Assembly (NCBI GenBank): GCA_951406725.2
Contig: OX597825.1
Span: forward strand, 71,424,001-71,488,000
Length of the DNA: 64,000 nt
Source: Octopus vulgaris
Lineage: Eukaryota
Direction of reading: 5' to 3'
The notes under the pieces were generated by a model, which was not told where the DNA came from, ran no database searches, and worked only from the letters and a program-made list of their open reading frames with translations. The position numbers and the translations under genes were made by a program. The number at the start of each line of letters is the position of its first letter. The first letter of the stretch is position 1. This document shows positions 12,396 to 26,384 of this stretch, in pieces.

Positions 12396-13254
12396 TGTGA
12401 AAAGATGAAAGGCAAAGTTAACATTGGTGAAGGACCACCAGGAAAGGAATGGATGCCTAAATCACAGCATCAGTTCCAATAGATGCTAATACATCACTTA
12501 AAGAAATGAAATCATTATCTGTGTACAAAGATTTGGCAACAGAAATAAGCTGAATGTGGAGCCTGAAAACAGAAACAATCACCCTAATAATAGTATGTGC
12601 TTTGGGAATGGTTAAGAAAACATGCAAACAGATACATAATCAAAGCACCAGGACTTAGAAATATGCATATAATGGAGAAATAGTTCTCAGGAACTGCATA
12701 CGAAAATTTGAAGACAGTGGAAAATATAAAACCAGAACAAAACGTTGCATGCTGTGCTCTGGTATGCAATGAAAGAAAGCAATAAAAAAAAATAAGGCAA
12801 CTGAACAACAACAACAATAATGGTTTCAAATATTGGCACTGGGCCGGCAGTTTTCAGGGGAAAGGACTAGTTGATTACTTTGATTTTTGAAAGAATGAAA
12901 GGCAAAGTAAACCTTGGTGGAATTTGAACTTGGAAAGTTAAGCTGGAAGAAATTAAAGCAAAGCGTTTTGTCCAGTGTGTTAATGATTCTGCGAGTGAGC
13001 TGCCCTGCTGCTGCTGCTAGTGATGATGATGATGATGATTTCAAACTCTGGCACAAGGCCAGCAATTTTGGAGGAGGGGGAATAAACTGATTACATCGAC
13101 CCCATCAGCTCTCAGCTGGTACTTATTTTATCAATCCTGATAGAATCAAAGGCAAAGTCAACCTCGGCAGAAATTAAACTTAGAACATAAAGAAGGATGA
13201 ACTGCTGCTAAGTATTTTGTCCTGCTTGATAATGGCTCTGCCAGCTCACCACCT

Positions 13255-13255
<1 letters not shown>

Positions 13256-13291
<36 letters not shown>

Positions 13292-13544
13292 TAATAATAA
13301 TAATAATAATGATGATGATGATGATAATAATAATAATGATGATAATGATAATAATAATAATGATAATAATAATAATGATAATAATGATGATAATAATAAT
13401 GATAATAATAATAATGGTAATAATAATAATAATAATAATAATGATAATAATAATAATGATGATAATGATAATAATAATAATGGTAATAATAATAATAATA
13501 ATGATGATGATGATGATGATGATGATGATAATATTAATAATAAT
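13256..13544. repeat. Long (AAT)n/(GAT)n microsatellite
   Basis: Seen directly. Confidence 0.95.
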
Positions 13545-15405
13545 CGAAAAGGATCCAAGGACCACCTTGTGATAGATAAGGTTATAATGAAAAACTGCAA
13601 ATGGTAGCCTGGATAGACTTCAAAAAGGCTTATGACATGTTGCCGCATTTGTGGATTTTGGAAACACTCGACATATGTGGAACAGCTGAGAATGTGTGAG
13701 CACTGATTACGAACAGCATGCTTAGTTGGAAAACATGTCTTTCCTGTAACAACCTGCACTAAGCCGAGGTAACAATCAGAATAGGCATCTGTCAAGGAGA
13801 CTCTTGTTTGCCTCTGTTGTTTGTTAGTCCTACATAAAATCAATGTGAACTATGAGTTGAGAAAGAATGGACCTTGTCTCAACCACCTTCTCTTCATGAA
13901 TGATTTAAAACTGTTTGCAAAAACAAAGCCTGAAACGGAGAGGTTAGTTGAGACTGTGCAAATGTGCGGCAAGGATGGAATTCAGTATTTCGAAGTGTGC
14001 GGTGCTTACTTTGAAGCAAGAGAAAAGAGTAAATTTTAGGGGCATAGAATTGCCAAACGTAGGAGAATGGAAGACCCAGGCGGGGATGATGGGTACATGT
14101 ACCTTGGGATCCTGGAGCTAAACAATATCTTGCACAAAGAAATGAAAGGCAAGGTCATCACAGCATATTTCAAGTGCCTCAAACTTCTCTTGAAATCAAA
14201 GCTCAACTCAAGGAACCTTGTGACTACCATGAATATATGGGCTGTAACTGTAGTCCGCTATAGTGCACCCATCCTGAGATGGACACAAGTGGAGATTGAC
14301 CAACTTCATCACACAACCCGAAAGACAATGACAATGCATGGGGCTCTTCACCCTAAAGCAGATGCACACAGGCTATACATGAAGAGGGGTAAAGGTGAAC
14401 GTGGGCTGATTAGCATACGGGAGTGCATCAACAGTGAAAGAAGAAACATGGCAGAATATTTGGTAAACAGCAAACAAGACCTGCTGCAGTATGCTGCTAG
14501 TGCAGAAGGAGTGAACAAAAATGGATTTGAGAGTGCTCATGAATTCTGATCAAGAATAGCCAATGAGAGAGAAGAAATCCTAATCTGTATGAAATTACAT
14601 GGTCAGTTCCACCGTGAAACCAACAAATTAAAATACCAGGAAACATCATGGAGGTGGCTCAACAAGGGTATCCTAAAAAAGAATACTGAAAGCCTAATTA
14701 TCGCAGCCCAGGACCAGGCATTAAATACCAACTCAGTGAAAAAGAATATATACCACACAAGTGCAACGGACCTCTGCAGAATGTCTGGGAAGAGGATCGA
14801 AAATGTGACTCACATTGTTAGTGCTTGTGAAAGTCTTGTGCAGAAAGAGTACAAGCGTAGACATGACAAAGTAGCCCAAAAACTCCACTGGCTACTGTGC
14901 CATAAATATAGATATGAGGCTACTGGTGCTTGGTACCAACTTACACCAGAAAAGGTAATGGATGAAAAGGGGAAGGCAAAAATCCTCCAGGATTTTGATC
15001 TCCAGACAGACAAGGTGTTAGAGCACTGAAGGCAAGATATAGTATTCTTTAAGAGGGACAAACAAGAATGCCTGATAATTGATGTAGCAGTGCCAGGAGA
15101 TCAAGATATCATCATGAAAGAAAGAGAAAAAGTTGATAAATACGGAGACCTGAAAATTGAGATCGCTGAGATGTGGTAACTACGAGAGTTGAACATAAAA
15201 GGTTATCCCTACTATCTTCAGAACACTGGAAACCTTAGAAACCTTAGAAATATCCTACAATCTAGATGTATTGCAAAAGTTGGCATTACTTGGAGTACTG
15301 TCTGTCTGAGGTCCTCGTTGTGACTTGACAAACAGTACAAACTCCCAGGTAGACACAATATCATCAATCAACAACCTCACAATCTTGTATACTGTGCTAC
15401 GTCTA
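13545..15405 (+). mobile_element. 5'-truncated, decayed R4/Dong-clade non-LTR retrotransposon (RT + CCHC knuckle + restriction-like endonuclease)
   Basis: Motifs WIDFKKAYD, GICQGD, LNHLLFMNDLKLF, YLGILE, LHGQF, AAQDQAL, CRM...THIVSAC...RRHD, LIIDVAVPGD, with stops and frameshifts. Flanked on both sides by (AAT)n, the known Dong target. Confidence 0.9.
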
Positions 15406-15411
15406 TAATAA

Positions 15412-15442
<31 letters not shown>

Positions 15443-15921
15443 CTCTAGGCACAAGGCTTGAAATTTTGAGCCAGTCGATTAGATTGACCCCAGTATGAAA
15501 CTGGTACTTAATTTATCAACCCCGAAAGCATGAACGGCAAAGTCGTCCTTGGCGGAATTTGACCTCAAAACATAAAGACAGAGGAAATGCCACAAAGTAT
15601 TTCGCCTGTGTGCTAACGTTTCTGCCAGCTCAATAATAATAATAATAATAATAATCATCATCATTATCCTCATTTAGCGTCCGCTTTCCATGCTAGCATG
15701 GGTTGGACGGTTCAACTGGGGTCTGGGAAGCCAGAAGGCTGCACAAGGCCCAGTCTGATCTGGCAATGTTTCTACGGCTGGATGCCCTTCCTAACGCCAA
15801 CCACTCTGTGAGTGTAGTGGGTGCTTTTTACATGCCACCGGCACAGGTGCCAGACGGGGCTGGCAAATGGCCACGGTCAGATGGTGCTTTTTATGTGCCA
15901 CCGGCACGGGTAATAATAATG

Positions 15922-15960
<39 letters not shown>

Positions 15961-16432
15961 GTGATAATAATAATAATGATCTTTTCTACTATAGACACAA
16001 GGCTTGAAATTTTGGGAGAAGGTGCTAGCCGATCGCACTGACCCCAGTTCTTGATGATAGGCAAAGTTACCTTGGCAGAATTTGAACACAAAACACAGAC
16101 AAACTGCAGCTAAGCATTTTACCTGGTTTGCTAACGGTTCTGCCAGCTTGACACCTTTAACCATAATAGTAACAGTTTCTAATTTAAGGAGTTAGTTGAT
16201 ACCATTATCCCAGTACTTGACTGGTACTTTATTGTAGTGGCCCAGAGGGATGAAAGGCAGATTTGAACTCAGAATACTGGAACACACTCCACATTTCATG
16301 ATACAGCAGTGTATTTGGTAGTGCGGTGCAACTGTACAATTTAATGGTGCTATGATGCACTTGATGGGGATGGAGAAGTGCAGTTAATGATGTAATGGTG
16401 CACTTGATGGTGCATGAAACTATGGAAAACAC

Positions 16433-16475
<43 letters not shown>

Positions 16476-16476
16476 T

Positions 16477-17008
16477 ATGCCTTGATGCAGTACCAGGCAG
16501 TGGCTCTCATGGCTTCTGATCTTAACTGATTGGAAGTGTTATCATGTACATTGTTTTGTCTTGGTATAAAAGATGGGCTACAGCAAATATTCTGCTCAAT
16601 ACCACAGATTTGCTTGTCAGTTACTTGACCTTAACCAGTTGAGCATGTCCCTTAGTGGCTGACGGTATGTGCATCTCTGATCATGAGCAGAAGTAGTGGG
16701 GGAGCATCATAGTCATGTGTCGAGAGGGATTCTTTGGGGTTTGAATAATACACCTCTGGAAACATGGATGTTTCGTTCAACATCCTTAAACAACCCATGT
16801 TCAGGTACCTTTTGAGCGAGATGGGTTACTCGACCAGAAGAAAATTCTAACTGGGCCCCACCTGCAAAGGTCATGTGATGTTTATCTTGATATGAGATAT
16901 GCACATATGGTTGTGATGCATGTACTTGGTGTACCCTTATCAGACGGGTAGTCACGATGGGTATACTGGGCTTTGTATATTTTGTATATTTTACCCCAGT
17001 GTCACTGA
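16477..17008 (+). mobile_element. Non-coding ~550-bp (AAT)n-associated retroposon ('element X'); its last ~25 bp are replaced by an RTE-tail insertion
   Basis: Highly similar to 41675-42219 over its whole length; begins immediately after (AAT)n. Confidence 0.75.
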
Positions 17009-17247
17009 TCTCATCATCATCATCATCGTTTAGCATCCGCTTTCCATGCTGGCATGGGTGGACGATTCAACTGGGATCTGGGAAACCAGAAGGCTGCACC
17101 AGGCCCAGTCTGATCTGGCAATGTTTCTACGACTGGATGCCCTTCCTAACGCCAACCACTCTATGAGTGTAGTGGGTGCTTTTTACGTGCCAGACGAGAT
17201 TGGCAAACAGCCACGATCAGATGGTGCTTTTTACGTGCCAGTGGCAC

Positions 17248-17284
<37 letters not shown>

Positions 17285-17288
<4 letters not shown>

Positions 17289-17513
17289 CCTTTTTACTAT
17301 AGGAACAAGGCCTGAAATTTTGGAGGTGGAGGCTAGTCGATGACATTGATCCTAGTGCATAACTGGTACTTATTTCATTGACCTTGAAAGGATGAAAGGC
17401 AAAGTTGACCTCAGCAGAATTTGAACTGAGAATGTAAGGACTGTTGAAATGCCACTAAGCAGTTTGTCCAGTGTGCTAACAATTCAGCCAGCTCAATGCC
17501 TTAATAATAATAA

Positions 17514-17551
<38 letters not shown>

Positions 17552-18073
17552 TGATGATGATAGTAATAATGATGCTGGGGTGATGAAAGGATTTGAGCAC
17601 CCTTCACTTATAAAATGCCTCAGTGACCTGTGCAAAGCAGAGCCTCTGACAGTCATGTCCAACTCCATCTGGCCAGACATTGTTGTGGTGAATAAAAGAG
17701 AAAGAACATGTATGATAATCGACATAGCATGCCCCGGCGACAACAGGATCAATGTGAAAGAAGAAGAAAAAAATAAACAACTATTTTGATTTAAAGTGGG
17801 AAATACGAAGGTTGTGCTCGATGAAGAGAGTAGATGTGATACCAATAGTAATTGGTGCACTTGGAAGCATCAGCACTCAACTACCAACATGGCTGAAAAA
17901 GATCGGTGCAAGTGTGAAGGTAGAACATCAACAAAAATCAGCATTGCTTGGAAGTGCAAGAATTCTTTGCAGGGTTCTTGAAGCATGACCAGTAAACAAG
18001 TGTCACCTTAGTCTGCTGTTTGTGGACAGCACACATTTTCCATCATACCCAGCAAAATAAGCTGTGAGTTTTC

Positions 18074-18142
<69 letters not shown>

Positions 18143-18406
18143 TGATGATGATAATAATAATGATAATAATAATAATAATAAGGCTACTCAACCTGAAGAA
18201 AATTCTAACTGGGCCCCACCTGCAAGGTCATGTGCTGTTTCTCTTGATATGAGATCACCATGTCGCGCACATATGGTTGTGATGCATGTGCCTGGTGTAC
18301 CCTTATCAGACGGGTAGTCATGATGGGTATATTGGGCTTCGTATATTTTACCCCAGTGTCACTTTGATGGCATGAACTGCTCTCTCACTCAATAATAATA
18401 ATAATG

Positions 18407-18450
<44 letters not shown>

Positions 18451-18675
18451 CCTTTTTACTATAGGAACAAGGCCTGAAATTTTGGAGGTGGAGGCTAGTC
18501 GATGACATTGATCCTAGTGCATAACTGGTACCTATTTCATTGACCTTGAAAGGATGAAAGGCAAAGTTGACCTCAGCAGAATTTGAACTGAGAATGTAAG
18601 GACTGTTGAAATGCCACTAAGCAGTTTGTCCAGTGTGCTAACAATTCAGCCAGCTCAATGCCTTAATAATAATAA

Positions 18676-18710
<35 letters not shown>

Positions 18711-19246
18711 TGATGATGATAGTAATAATGATAATAATAATAATAATAAGGCTACTCAACCTGAAGAAAATTCTAACTGGGCCCCACCTGCAAGGTCATG
18801 TGCTGTTTCTCTTGATATGAGATCACCATGTCGCGCACATATGGTTGTGATGCATGTGCCTGGTGTACCCTTATCAGACGGGTAGTCATGATGGGTATAT
18901 TGGGCTTCGTATATTTTACCCCAGTGTCACTTTGATGGCATGAACTGCTCTCTCACTCAATAATAATAATAATGATAATAATAATAATAATAATAACAAT
19001 AATAATAATAATAATAATAATCCTTTTTACTATAGGCACAAGGCCTGAAATTTTGGAGGTGGAGGCTAGTCGATGACATTGATCCTAGTGCATAACTGGT
19101 ACTTATTTCATTGACCTTGAAAGGATGAAAGGCAAAGTTGACCTCAGCAGAATTTGAACTGAGAATGTAAGGACTGTTGAAATGCCACTAAGCAGTTTGT
19201 CCAGTGTGCTAACAATTCAGCCAGCTCAATGCCTTAATAATAATAA

Positions 19247-19284
<38 letters not shown>

Positions 19285-19807
19285 TGATGATGATAGTAAT
19301 AATGATGCTGGGGTGATGAAAGGATTTGAGTACCCTTCACTTATAAAATGCCTCAGTGACCTGTGCAAAGCAGAGCCTCTGACAGTCATGTCCAACTCCA
19401 TCTGGCCAGACATTGTTGTGGTGAATAAAAGAGAAAGAACATGTATGATAATCGACATAGCATGCCCCGGCGACAACAGGATCAATGTGAAAGAAGAAGA
19501 AAAAAAATAAACAACTATTTTGATTTAAAGTGGGAAATACGAAGGTTGTGCTCGATGAAGAGAGTAGATGTGATACCAATAGTAATTGGTGCACTTGGAA
19601 GAATCAGCACTCGACTACCAACATGGCTGAAAAAGATCGATGCAAGTGTGAAGGTAGAACATCAACAAAAATCAGCATTGCTTGGAACTGCAAGAATTCT
19701 TCGCAGGGTTCTTGAAGCATGACCAGTAAACAAGTGTCACTTTAGTCTGCTGTTTGTGGACAGCACACATTTTCCATCATACCCAGCAAAATAAGCTGTG
19801 AGTTTTC

Positions 19808-19867
<60 letters not shown>

Positions 19868-20118
19868 TGATGATGATAATAATAATGATAATAATAATAA
19901 TAATAATAAGGCTACTCAACCTGAAGAAAATTCTAACTGGGCCCCACCTGCAAGGTCATGTGCTGTTTCTCTTGATATGAGATCACCATGTCGCGCACAT
20001 ATGGTTGTGATGCATGTGCCTGGTGTACCCTTATCAGACGGGTAGTCATGATGGGTATATTGGGCTTCGTATATTTTACCCCAGTGTCACTTTGATGGCA
20101 TGAACTGCTCTCTCACTC
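17285..20118 (+). repeat. Recent composite tandem duplication: [SINE B - Dong 3' end - element X] twice, with a shorter [SINE B - element X] unit between
   Basis: 17285-18390 is nearly identical to 19020-20118; 18448-18958 lacks the Dong segment; (AAT)n at all junctions. Confidence 0.9.
17672..18075 (+). mobile_element. 3' fragment of a Dong/R4 LINE (RLE domain); duplicate at 19405-19810, relatives at 4428-4850, 12400-12800, 42485-42840, 54830-55095
   Basis: PDIVVVNKRERTCMIIDIACPGD...VIPIVIGALG...QKSALLG, followed by (AAT)n. Confidence 0.85.
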
Positions 20119-20840
20119 AATAATAATAATAATGATAATAATAATAATAATAATAATAATAGTGGCTGACAATATGAGCATCTCTGATCATGAGCAGAAG
20201 TAGTTGGGGAGCATCATAGCCATGTGTTGAAAGGAATTCTTGGAGGTTTGGATAATTCACCTTTAGAAACATGGGTGGGTCATTCAATCTTTAAACAACC
20301 CTTATTCAGGGACCTTTTGAGCAGGATGTGCTACTTGACCAGAAGAAAATTCTAACTGGGCCCCACCTGCAAGGTCATGCGCTGTTTATCTTGATATGAG
20401 ATCACCATGTCATGCGCACATATGGTTGTGATGCATGTGCCTGGTGTACCCTTATCAGACGGGTAGTTGTGATGAGTATACTGGGCTTCGTATATTTTTA
20501 CCCCAGTGCCACTTTGATGGCATGAACTGATCTCTCACTCAATAATGATGATGATGATGATGATGATGATGAGGAGGAGGAGGAGGAGGAGGAAGAGGAT
20601 GATTCTGTTGGGGGAGAAGGTATAGTCAGTTAAATGTATTACTAGTATATGACTGGTGTTTTGTTTATTAGTTGCTGCGAGGATGAAAAGCAAATTTAAA
20701 CCTAGTGGGATTTGAACCAAGAACATAAATGGATTTAACTAAATACCTCGAGATACATCACCCTTCATTCTATTGATTTCGCCATCTGTCACCCTAAAAT
20801 TATAATGATAACAACTATAATAATAGTAGTAATAATAGTA

Positions 20841-20879
<39 letters not shown>

Positions 20880-21560
20880 GTAGTAGTAATAATAGCAACT
20901 TTCATCATCATCACCATCATCATCATCATCACCATCCTCATCATCCTCATCATCAACACCATCCTCCTCCACCTCCTCCTTCTCCTCCTCCTCCTCCTCA
21001 TCATCATCATCATCAGGTGACACACAATGCATCAATGCATACTGCCTTTTTTTCCCTCATCGACCCAACATTGTCTTAGCTTACAGACCCTGCATTTAAT
21101 GCCAACTCCAAGCCTTCCTTTACAGAACTCCTTCCCACTAGAATTGCAACAACATCCATGATGTTGTGTTGCATTTAGCCCTTGGCTATCACTGACTGAG
21201 TAGACCTACATTTCTACAGCTGAGTGAACTGGAGCAACATGAAATAAAGTGTCTTGCTCAAGAACATAACACACAGCCCGGTCCAGGATTAGAACTCACA
21301 ACCTCACGATCGTAAGCTTGATGCTCTAACTACTGAGCCATGCGCCTTCACACACACAACTACTTCATGCTTCAACACACAACTTCTATTATAGCACTGA
21401 TCATCACATGTGTGTGTGTCTTTGTGTGTGTCTATGTACCACGCCACTACTTGACAACTGGTGTTGGTGTGTTTACACCCCTGTGACTTTGCAGTTAAAA
21501 AAAAAAAGAGATTGGTACTTTAAGTACCAGGCTTTAAAAAATGTAAATACTGGAAACAAT

Positions 21561-22205
21561 GGATCTTTTCACTTTGACCGGCAGATTTTAAAAATAATTT
21601 CTTTGTAACTAAGCACTTTTAAACTTCGTATACTGGTAGAATGTGTTACATAAAACATCTTTTTCTCTTGGCTTTCTTGAGAAAATTCTTTAGTTTGTAA
21701 GCTATTTGTTGTTAAATTTCTTGCATTTCGGCAATTTCAACCAATCAATGACGTCTATTGAGGTGAATACAATTTCTGCTGTTGTTTGTCAACAAGTTCA
21801 ACAAGAACTTCCGGTGGTGAGGCTGTCACTTATAAACCCATGAGGGTTTATTTACATTTCTGAAGAAAAAGAAACCCTTCCCCCGACAATCTTTTATTCA
21901 TACGAACGTGACTGATATGAAATATGTCATAAATAACAGTGACAAACTAAATAGAGACCGCAGGAAGTTGTTGTTAACAAACAACTGCAGAAATTGTATT
22001 CACCTCAATAGACGTCATTGATTGGTTGAAATTGCCGAAATGCAAGAAATTTAACAACAAATAGATTACAAACTACAGAATTTTCTCAAGAAAGCCAAGA
22101 GAAAAAGATGTTTTATGTAACACATTCTACCAGTATATGAAGTTTAAAAGTGCTTAGTTACAAAGAAATTATTTTTAAAATCTGCCGGTCAAAGTGAAAA
22201 GATCC
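21561..22205. mobile_element. Long-TIR MITE (Merlin- or MULE-like) inserted into a SINE tail
   Basis: ~250-bp near-perfect inverted arms starting GGATCTTTTCACTTTGACCGG. 8-bp flanking repeat gaaacaat (21553-21560) / gaaacaac (22206-22213). Confidence 0.85.
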
Positions 22206-22696
22206 GAAACAACTTATATGACAAAAATTCTCAAAGGCGGTGCCCAAGCATGGCTGCAGTCAAATGACTGAAACAAGTAAAAGATAAAAGATACTTTACT
22301 CTCTCTCCTTCACTCAGAGTAGCCCCTTTCAGACTGTTTAGTATTACAATTTGCAAGGTGACCTCTTTAGTGCTGGTGACCCGAAAAATGCACACAGTAA
22401 AACTTTGTAAAGGGGCTGGGATTAGGAAGGACATCAGGCCATAGAGAATAAAACCAAGCTGACATTGAGAGATGATGTGATCCTTCGAATTATCAATATC
22501 AGATCCTTTCAAAATGTCCAACTCATACCAGCGTGGTGAATGAACCTAAATGATAATGGTGGTGGTGATTGTGTGTGTGTCTGTTGCATGTGTGTGTGTG
22601 TGTGCATGTGAATATGTACATATATATAGCTGCATGCACACACACACACATACATACATGCATACATATATGCATACATACATACATACACATATA

Positions 22697-22747
<51 letters not shown>

Positions 22748-22751
<4 letters not shown>

Positions 22752-22978
22752 CTTTACTGTTCACAAGGGGCTAAACGTAGAGAGGACAAACAAGGACAGA
22801 CAAAGGGATTAAGTCGATTACATCGACCCCAGTGTGTAACTGGTACTTAATTTATCGACCCCACAAGGATAAAAGGCAAAGTCAACCTCGGCGGAATTTG
22901 AACTCGGAACGTAACGACAGACGAAATACAGCTACGCATTTCGCCCAGCGTGCTAATGGTTCTGTCAGCTTGCCGCCT

Positions 22979-22979
<1 letters not shown>
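22748..22979 (-). mobile_element. SINE family B within (TA)n
   Basis: Full-length match to 27647-27879. Confidence 0.85.
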
Positions 22980-23010
<31 letters not shown>

Positions 23011-23013
<3 letters not shown>

Positions 23014-25200
23014 TTGGAGATGCCACTATGAAAGGTTGCTAAATGAAGAGAATGAATGAGAGAAAGAGAGTCTGCCAAATGTCAACCCAACAAAGGGACC
23101 AGCTATTTGAATGGACAGTACCTTGGTAGATAAAGCAATTAAAGGTATGAAGGCAGGGAAAGATCCCGGTCTATCAGGAGTCACTGCAGAGATGCTTAAA
23201 ATATCTGGTTTATATATATCTTGGCTATAGTCCAGTCACCTGTATAGTCAACAAGGTGAGACATGAATGAGTCATACCAAATGACTGGTGTAGCAGCATC
23301 ATAGTCAACTGCTACAAAGGTAAAGGCGAGGCATTAGATAGGAATAATTACAGGGGTATCAAATTGTTGGCCCAAGTGATGAAAGTCATAGTGAGGGTCA
23401 TAGCCCAATTAATTAGGGAGAGAGTTAGTTCAGACGAGATGCAGTTTGGGTTTGTTCCAGAGAAAAGCATCACTGATGCTATACTTCTGGTAAGACAGCC
23501 GAAGAAGAAATTCTTAGCCAAAGATAAACCTCTGTATTTGGCTTTTGTTGACATGGAGAAAGCCTTTGACGGGGTCCCCCAATCCTTTATTTGGTGGTCA
23601 ATGTGGAAACTAAGGATAGATGAGTGGTTGGTGAGAGCTGTACAAGTCATGTACAGGGATGCTGTCTGTAAAGTGAGGGTTAGCAATGAGTATAGTGAAG
23701 AATTCTGGGTAGAAGTAGGGGCTCAGTCCTCAGCCCACTCTTATTCATCATAGTCTTTTAGGCAATAACATAGGAATTTAAGACAGGCTGCCCCTGAGAG
23801 CTCCTCTATGCTGATGATCTTGCTCTAATAGCAGAATCACAACCAGAACTAGAGAATTTTCAGGTGTGAAAGCAAGGTCTAGAATTGAAGTGTCATAGAG
23901 TCAATCTAGCAGAAACCAAAGTTTTAGTAAGTAGGAAGGCAGACAAATCACAAATCCCTTCAGGTAGATGGCCCTGCTCAATCTGCAGAAAAGGTGTAGG
24001 TAGAAACTCCATACGATGTACCTGATGTAAGCTATGGACACATAAGAAGTGCAACAATATGAAAAGGTTGACTGGGAAGATAGTTTTTGTATGTGACAGA
24101 TGCACAGGGACAATAAACATCAAAGATGTATAGAAAACAGATTCCATCACATGCCAGGGGGAAAAACTAGAAGTAGCTGATAGCTACCATTACTTATGTG
24201 ACCAAGTTAGTGGCGGAGGTGGATGCTCTGAGAGTGTGGCTCCTAGAGTAAGAATAGCCTGGGCAAAGTTTAGAGAGCTCCTACTTATGAAGCATGCATG
24301 TGAATAGCCATGTTACATGACAGTGAAACATGGGCTGTGACTGCTGAGGACATGTGTAGGCTTGAAAGGAATGAAGATAGTATGCTATGCTGGATGTATA
24401 ATGTCAGTGTGGATACACGACAGAGTTTAAGCACACTGAGAGAAAAGTTGGATATAAATAGTATCAGATGTGGTGTGCACGAGAGACGACTGTGCTTGTA
24501 TGGTCATCTGTTGTGTATGGATGAGGACAGCTGTGTGAAGAAGTGTCACACCCTAATAGTAGAGGAAACCTGTAGAAGAGGTAGACCCAGGAAGAGCTAG
24601 GATGAGGTGGTGAAGCACGACCTTTAAACAATCGGTTTCACAGAGGCAATGACAAGTGACTGAGAACTTGGAGATATGCTGTGCTTGAGAAAACCCAGCA
24701 ACCCAAGTGAGATTGTATCCGTGGCCAATGCCAGTGTCGCATAAATGGTCTGTTTAAAAACACTGTTCAAACATCGGGCAATATGCTGCGTTTGAGAAGA
24801 CCTGTTGAGTCAAGTGAAATCTTTGTTGTAGTTGATACCAGTGCCGCCTGACTGGCACCCATGCTGGTGGTATGTAAAAAGCACTATTCGAGTGTGGCTG
24901 ATGCCAGTGCCACCTGACTGGCTCCCATGCCGGTGGGACGTAAAAGGCATAATTCGAGCATGGTTGTTGCCAGTACCACCTGACCGGCTCCCATTCTGGT
25001 GGCATGTAAAAAGCACCCACTACATTCTTGGAGTGGTTGGTGTTAGGAAGGGCATCCAGCTGTAGAAACCTTGCCAGAACAGATTGGAGACTGGTGCAAC
25101 CTCCTGGCTTGCCAGTCCTCAGTCAAGCCATCTAACCCATGCCAGCATGGAAAGCGGACGTTACACGATGATGATGATGATGCTGATGACGATGATGATA
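23011..25200 (+). mobile_element. 5'-truncated, decayed RTE-clade LINE with 3' UTR and (GAT)n tail
   Basis: YRGIKLL, QFGF, LYLAFVDMEKAFD, ELLYADDL (23798-23821), SETWA, RRGRPRK, with many stops. The 3' UTR has ~60-bp internal repeats and a (gat)n tail. Confidence 0.9.
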
Positions 25201-26384
25201 TAAAGCCATGTTATCTTTGTGTGATACTAAAGACTGAAGAGGTTTAATAAGACTGAAACATGAATGAATTTATCACTGTACTGTTGTAGATCAGACATGT
25301 TACTGACAGCATTATTTTACTTTCTAATAAAATTTTATGTAGTTTGAATTCAGAGTTATCTCCCCTGTCAGTTAATAGTTCTTCCTCTTCATCATGAATG
25401 TAATTATAATGATTAATTAAAATTTTTTGTCTCAGTACGAATAAGTACATTAGCATCAACCTTATTTATACATTGGATATTATATATATACACTGGTGTC
25501 ATACAAAAACAAAAACAAAACAAATAAAACAAAAGAAATTGTACACTTGTAAGTAGTAAAAATAATAATAATGATAATAATAATAATAATAATGATGATG
25601 ATGATGATGATAACAACAACAACAACAACAAAGTTGACAGATTAGCAAATGTACAACTAATTATTATTAGTTTCCTACTGTACCAAACTATCATTAATGA
25701 ATATTTAGCTCACTTTTAGCTAATTAGCAGTTTAGTAATTTCTAACAAATATAAGCATAGTGTTTATTAATGACTATTTAGCACTATTAGAGGCCATTTA
25801 AATAATAAGGACTAAGTTCTGTAAGAGCTATCAAATAATTCACTAATTATTTACCACCAAAGTGGTATATTTATCCTCATTTCTCACAGGGGTTGGGTTC
25901 CAAAGCACCACAGTGATGAATGAACCATCTCCACACACTTTATCAATGGAAGGAATGCTATATTCATTTCACCAAACATATTTTCTTGGTCGTCTCTACC
26001 TTTTCATTTGTGTCAGTTGTTAGAGTCAGCTGCCGTTGTGTTTTTCTGTAGTACCATCCGAACGTGGCCGATGCCAGTGCTGCCTTGACTGGCTTCTGTG
26101 CCAGTGGCACATAAAAAGCACCATCCGAACGTGGCCGATGCCAGTGCCGCCCTGACTGGTTTCTGTGCCGGTGGCACATAAAAGGCACCCACTACACTCA
26201 CGGAGTGGTTGGCGTTAGGAAGATCATCCAGGTATAGAAACACTGCCAGATCAGACTGGGCCGGGTGCAGCCTCCTGGCTTCCCAGACCCCGGTCAAACC
26301 GTCCAACCCATGCTAGCATGGAAAACGGATGTTAAACGATGATGATGATGATGATGATGATGATGATCCCATGTTTCTTAATTC

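Noticed and set aside
13158-13843. Poly-Ile/Leu/Met ORFs, including the 211-aa ORF
   Set aside because: (AAT)n microsatellite plus antisense LINE sequence.
20739-21035. Acidic poly-D/E and poly-Y ORF
   Set aside because: Compound trinucleotide microsatellite.
25244-25459. Minus-strand ORF with DEEEE as a possible extra exon
   Set aside because: No convincing acceptor/donor pair found.
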